A stretch of 64,000 nt of DNA from an uncultured Clostridia bacterium (GTDB lineage Bacteria; Bacillota; Clostridia; Christensenellales; CAG-917): NCBI GenBank assembly GCA_944332815.1, contig CALVKQ010000003.1, positions 2,082 to 66,081 on the forward strand. The letters are read 5' to 3'. Shown piece after piece: positions 60,382-64,000 of this stretch. The translations under genes were made by a program, and so were the position numbers. The notes under the pieces were generated by a model that was given only the letters and a program-made list of their open reading frames with translations, was not told the origin of the DNA and did no database searches. Positions within the stretch are counted from its first letter, which is position 1. Each line of letters starts with the position of its first letter.

Positions 60382-61190
60382 CACTCGTTCACCTCCGCCG
60401 ATTGCGCGGACCCCCATCTGTTCATTTTATCCAGCAGTCTTTCGTAAAAATCGTCCTTGCCCACATCCAGGAACAGCGCGCTTTCCGCCGCTCTTCTGAC
60501 CGTGACGGAGGTCGCCTTTATAGGTCTTACCTCCCCGTCAACGACGAGTTGCGCCTCCCCTCCGCCTATCACGCGGAGCTCTATGACGGAAGCGGCGCTG
60601 ACCACCAGCGGACGGGAATGCAGCGTGTGCGGACACACCGGGTTCACCACAAGCGCGGAAAGTTCGGGCGCTAGCACGGGACCGCCTGCGGAAAGGGAAT
60701 ACGCCGTAGAGCCCGTGGGCGTCGCGACTATCACGCCGTCACTGCGGTAAGCGTCCGAAAACTGCCCGTCCACGTATAATTCCACGCTGACCGGACGGGT
60801 GGAAGAACTTTTCACCACCACGTCGTTAAGCGCGAGGAAAGACGCGCCCTCCGCCTTGCATTCCAGCAGCATCCTTCGCTTCACACCGCCGCTTTTGAGG
60901 GCTGCCGCCACCTCCTCCGCACTCGCGGAAGAGTCCAATTGAGTGAGAAAACCGAGGTTGCCGATGTTGACTCCGAGGAGAGGGACGCCGCGGCGTGCGG
61001 AGCGTACCGCCGCATCCAACATCGTGCCGTCGCCGCCGAATGCGAGAACGCGCTCGCAGTCGGAGGGGATGTCCTCGCCCGGAAGGATATTTTTAAGCTC
61101 CATACCGGGCATGGCGGAAAGCGACGCGATGAGCGACGTGCGCACGGGATGTCCCGTCAGAGTAGACTTTGTGTAAACCGCTATTTTCAT
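60381..61190 (-). CDS. nadK: NAD kinase
   Basis: GGDGTML, GNLGFL, LND, DG..VATPTGSTAYSLSAGGP. Confidence 0.96.
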   Translation of the reverse strand: MKIAVYTKSTLTGHPVRTSLIASLSAMPGMELKNILPGEDIPSDCERVLAFGGDGTMLDAAVRSARRGVPLLGVNIGNLGFLTQLDSSASAEEVAAALKSGGVKRRMLLECKAEGASFLALNDVVVKSSSTRPVSVELYVDGQFSDAYRSDGVIVATPTGSTAYSLSAGGPVLAPELSALVVNPVCPHTLHSRPLVVSAASVIELRVIGGGEAQLVVDGEVRPIKATSVTVRRAAESALFLDVGKDDFYERLLDKMNRWGSAQSAEVNE

Positions 61191-61377
61191 AATTTTATCC
61201 GTTTGGTAAATTATACATTGCGTGCGCGAGTTATTCAAGCAAAAAACGGACGCGAAAGTAATTTTTTTGAATTAAATCGGATTTTATGCGCAAAAAGTAG
61301 CGTAATATGCAAAATATGGCGTATCGGCGAATATGCGGCGAATAATTATAAAATGTATAAAAGCGGCGTTTCCTGCG

Positions 61378-62085
61378 TTATTTGAGGAGATGAAGCAGAT
61401 ATTCCCTGTTTTTATCGGCGTAAACGACGGGGGAAGGAGTCATGTCCGCGACTTTGAATCCGCACCCTTCTGCGGCGTTCGCCACCGACTCCACCGCTCT
61501 CATACGCTCCTTTTCGGAAAGTACTATGCCCTTTTTGCTGAGCGCGGCGCGCCCTGCTTCGAACTGCGGCTTTACCAAAACGACCGCGTGTCCGCCATCC
61601 TTCAACAGCCCGAAAAAGCTCGGGAGCACGAGTTTTAACGATATGAAACTGAGGTCCGCCGAAAGCAGGTCGATGTCAGACGTCGGGGGAAGTTCGCGCG
61701 CGTTGGCTTGCAAAAAAGTAACGCGTTCGTCGGAAAGGATGTGTTCGGGAAGCGCGCATTCTCCTACATCCACCGACAGGACGTGGGCGGCTCCTTCTCG
61801 CAGCATCACATCCGTGAAACCGCCGTTGGAGCAACCGATATCCGCGCAATCCAGCCCTTTGGGGCTGATGGCGAAAACGCGCAGAGCCTCGAGCAGTTTA
61901 TACGCGCCCTGCGAAGCGTAATCCTCATCTGCGGTTATCCTTACGTCGTCCTCCGCCGTAACGGAGAACGAGGGCTTCGCGACCACCTTTCCCTGCACGG
62001 TCACTTGACCTCGGAGGATGAGGTTTTCGGCATACGTGCGCGAACGCAGACCGAACTTTTCCAGCAAGAATTTGTCAAGTCGCAT
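61378..62085 (-). CDS. tlyA: TlyA-family rRNA 2'-O-methyltransferase
   Basis: S4 domain MRLD, DIGCSNGGFTD, DLSFISL, LVKPQFEAG. Confidence 0.95.
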   Translation of the reverse strand: MRLDKFLLEKFGLRSRTYAENLILRGQVTVQGKVVAKPSFSVTAEDDVRITADEDYASQGAYKLLEALRVFAISPKGLDCADIGCSNGGFTDVMLREGAAHVLSVDVGECALPEHILSDERVTFLQANARELPPTSDIDLLSADLSFISLKLVLPSFFGLLKDGGHAVVLVKPQFEAGRAALSKKGIVLSEKERMRAVESVANAAEGCGFKVADMTPSPVVYADKNREYLLHLLK

Positions 62086-62950
62086 TGCCGTGGGGAGGGT
62101 CGGAGGACGCGTCGGCGGCGTGTGCCCTTGCTGCGGCTTCCGCTGCGGTCAAAGGCTTCTTTTGCTTTTGTTTGGAGGGGCGGTCTTTATTATCGTCGCG
62201 GTCTGCCGAGGGCGGAAGGGCGTCCTTTTTCGCCGCGGCGTCGAACTTCTTTTTCTTTTCCGCCTGATGTTTCCTGCGCCTGCGTTCTTCGGGATGGAAC
62301 ACCGCGATTATCTTCGCCACGAACATGACGAATTCCTTGGAATTAGAAATGGCGATGTTTTTGAGGAAGGCTTTGCCTCCCACCATGACGGCGGAAATGA
62401 GAGCGGACACGCCAATAGAGAGCCATTGCTGCCAGCTCTCTTCCAGGTTCACGGTTATGGCGATGACTATCGCCGCGCCGCAGGAACCCGAAATGATGCT
62501 GATGATGTCCCCCACCACGTCGTTACATACGCTGGACACTTTCTCGTTGTTTTTGACCAGCCACATGGCGGTCTTTGCGCCGTACTCCTTTTTGGACGCC
62601 ATGGAAACGATGGGGGTTATGTCGCAGGAGGTGACGGCGACGCCTATGCCGTCGGCGAGAATGCCTGCAAGGACGATGAAAAGCAGGAGGATTACGGTGA
62701 CGATGATGTTGCCGGCAGATGAGGTTATCTCCGTGAGAAAACTTATGAAAGCGGACAAAAACAGCGTCACCACGGTGATCTTGATCGCCCAAAGATTACG
62801 CTTTTTTCTGTGTTTTTTGGTTTTTTTGCCCGGCGCGGCGCCCTCCGCGTCCGCACCTGCCGTGGCAACGGGAAGTTGTGCGCCTGCCGCTTCCTCTTCC
62901 GTGAGCGCGGCTTCACCGTCGGGCTTTTTGGTGACTTCCTCTTCCGACAC
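62075..62950 (-). CDS. oapA: OLE-associated membrane protein A
   Basis: Four TMs; GILADGIGVAVT and CNDVVGDIISIISG motifs; directly downstream of OLE RNA; GTG start follows GGAAAGGAG. Confidence 0.88.
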   Translation of the reverse strand: MSEEEVTKKPDGEAALTEEEAAGAQLPVATAGADAEGAAPGKKTKKHRKKRNLWAIKITVVTLFLSAFISFLTEITSSAGNIIVTVILLLFIVLAGILADGIGVAVTSCDITPIVSMASKKEYGAKTAMWLVKNNEKVSSVCNDVVGDIISIISGSCGAAIVIAITVNLEESWQQWLSIGVSALISAVMVGGKAFLKNIAISNSKEFVMFVAKIIAVFHPEERRRRKHQAEKKKKFDAAAKKDALPPSADRDDNKDRPSKQKQKKPLTAAEAAARAHAADASSDPPHGNAT

Positions 62951-63008
62951 GTTTTCTCTCCTTTCCAAATGCGCCCGGAATAAGTCCGAGCGCGTCATAC
63001 ATCATGTT

Positions 63009-63587
63009 CGCTGGCAGCAGCCTGAGTAAACCTTGCGCCATCAGGTTCGGTAGGCTTTCCCCCTGCGGAAACTCGTCGTCGCCGTACGAGAGGTTTCCCA
63101 TTACTCCGCAAGATGCAGGGTTTCCCACTGCACAACCGAATCGCCACTTAGAGCACACTATAATCCCCAAGCTGCCTCGTGAGAACAGTCTAGAAGATTT
63201 CCTTGACAATTTTCGTCCGCCCTTATCTTTTTTTGCAGACAACATTTCGAGAGGCGATCGCCCGTCGGCGTCGGCCGGACGCGTCGGGGCGTGGATCCTC
63301 TGTCCCTGAAGCTCCACTCAAAGCAGGCTACACTGCACACAGCGCTTGCGCACCGCATAGCAGGTTTAACCCCGGTCAGTAGGCGCAACGCCCACCGAGT
63401 CGGGTCTCCGCGACAGTCGGGTCGAGTTTCGCATGCCGTTGCGAAGCGCCCGAAAGTCTTAACTCCCAGCAACAGCCCCGGTTTGGGCAACCAAAGCCAT
63501 CACCAGAAACTTCATCGATATGCCCTTTAGCGATATTTTACCCCCGCCTTCGGGTCGGCGAAAACTGACTAGAATACTGCGCCAGCG
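63009..63587 (-). ncRNA. ole: OLE RNA (ornate, large, extremophilic)
   Basis: TTCTAGTCAG...GGGCATATCGATGAAGTT.CTGGTG...GCTGGGAGTTAAG...GGAGACC...GTAGCCTGC.TTGAGT...TCTAGACTG...GGGGATTA.AGTG..CT.AGTGG.A blocks; ends pair (CGCTGGCGCAG/CTGCTGCCAGCG); oapA-tlyA-nadK-argR-recN context. Confidence 0.92.
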
Positions 63588-63594
63588 GTCTATT

Positions 63595-63623
63595 ATTATA
63601 TTCTCTACACTTTTGTTTGTCAA
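63595..63623 (-). promoter_or_regulatory. Perfect sigmaA promoter for OLE RNA
   Basis: TTGACA-17 nt-TATAAT, ending 7 nt before the predicted OLE 5' end. Confidence 0.88.
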
Positions 63624-63698
63624 GGATAACATGGATAACAGCGAAAACACGACAAGCGCGCCGAGCTCGCCCGTGCGGCGTCAGGCTCCTGCGCGTAC

Positions 63699-64000
63699 TC
63701 AGCTGTCCAGCGTCACGCGCACCACTTTTTCTGCGAATTTGCGGTAAGTTTCGGGAGCAAAGGAGGAAAGGAAATACTCCGTTATCGCTCTTGCCTTACA
63801 CGCAGGCAGCTCCCTTGCCGCTTTTAAGACGCCGGGCGTCATGGGAAGCCCCAGTCCCGGGGTGAGCGTCGCACCGCTTTGTACGGTGCCGAGCAGATCT
63901 CCGGCTCCCCTCATCTCGAAGTCGCGTTCGGCGACTACGGCTCCGTCGTTGCACTCGGTCACGGCGCTCAAACGCCGCAGCGCGCGCTCGGAAGTGTGCG
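63699..64000 (-). CDS. recG: ATP-dependent DNA helicase RecG, C-terminal part (5' end beyond window)
   Basis: RL..V.ECNDG..VAERDFEMRGAGDLLGT.QSG (TRG motif). Confidence 0.88.
   Translation of the reverse strand, partial: HTSERALRRLSAVTECNDGAVVAERDFEMRGAGDLLGTVQSGATLTPGLGLPMTPGVLKAARELPACKARAITEYFLSSFAPETYRKFAEKVVRVTLDS

Noticed and set aside
62913-63650. Several small ORFs upstream of oapA
   Set aside because: They lie within the OLE RNA and its promoter.

Overview
Chromosomal window from a moderately GC-rich, spore-forming Firmicute. Gene content is Clostridia-like; the finer lineage cannot be fixed from sequence alone. It is mostly core genome, in this order: a giant PadR-coiled-coil-membrane protein (partial), a Xer-type recombinase, a GNAT, an AT-rich membrane-anchored HNH gene, a 6-tRNA operon, spoIIAA-AB-sigF-spoVAC/D/E, yunB, pheST-mutS2-iscS-thiI, a class A PBP, miaB-mutS-mutL-miaA-ynbB and an AT-rich patch with an XRE gene. 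A long minus-strand block follows (rpsB-tsf-pyrH-frr-uppS-cdsA-dxr-rseP-ispG-[polC-like]-rimP-nusA-ylxR-ylxQ-infB-rbfA-nrnA-truB-ribF-nfo), then an ABC exporter, RNase P RNA and recG-OLE RNA-oapA-tlyA-nadK-argR-recN. Most notable: (1) a tandem array of 180-270 bp, highly structured non-coding cassettes stacked at the 3' end of tRNA-Tyr, each bounded by a copy of the tRNA 3' end and carrying its own terminator, running into the HNH gene; (2) a PolC-derived protein at the polC locus with only NTD + OB + exonuclease; (3) the PadR/hendecad-repeat/TM fusion; (4) a hollowed-out cyclic beta-glucan synthase homologue; (5) MutS2 lacking Smr; (6) an OLE RNA with its own consensus promoter. All calls come from reading sequence and motifs by eye; no database searches were run.
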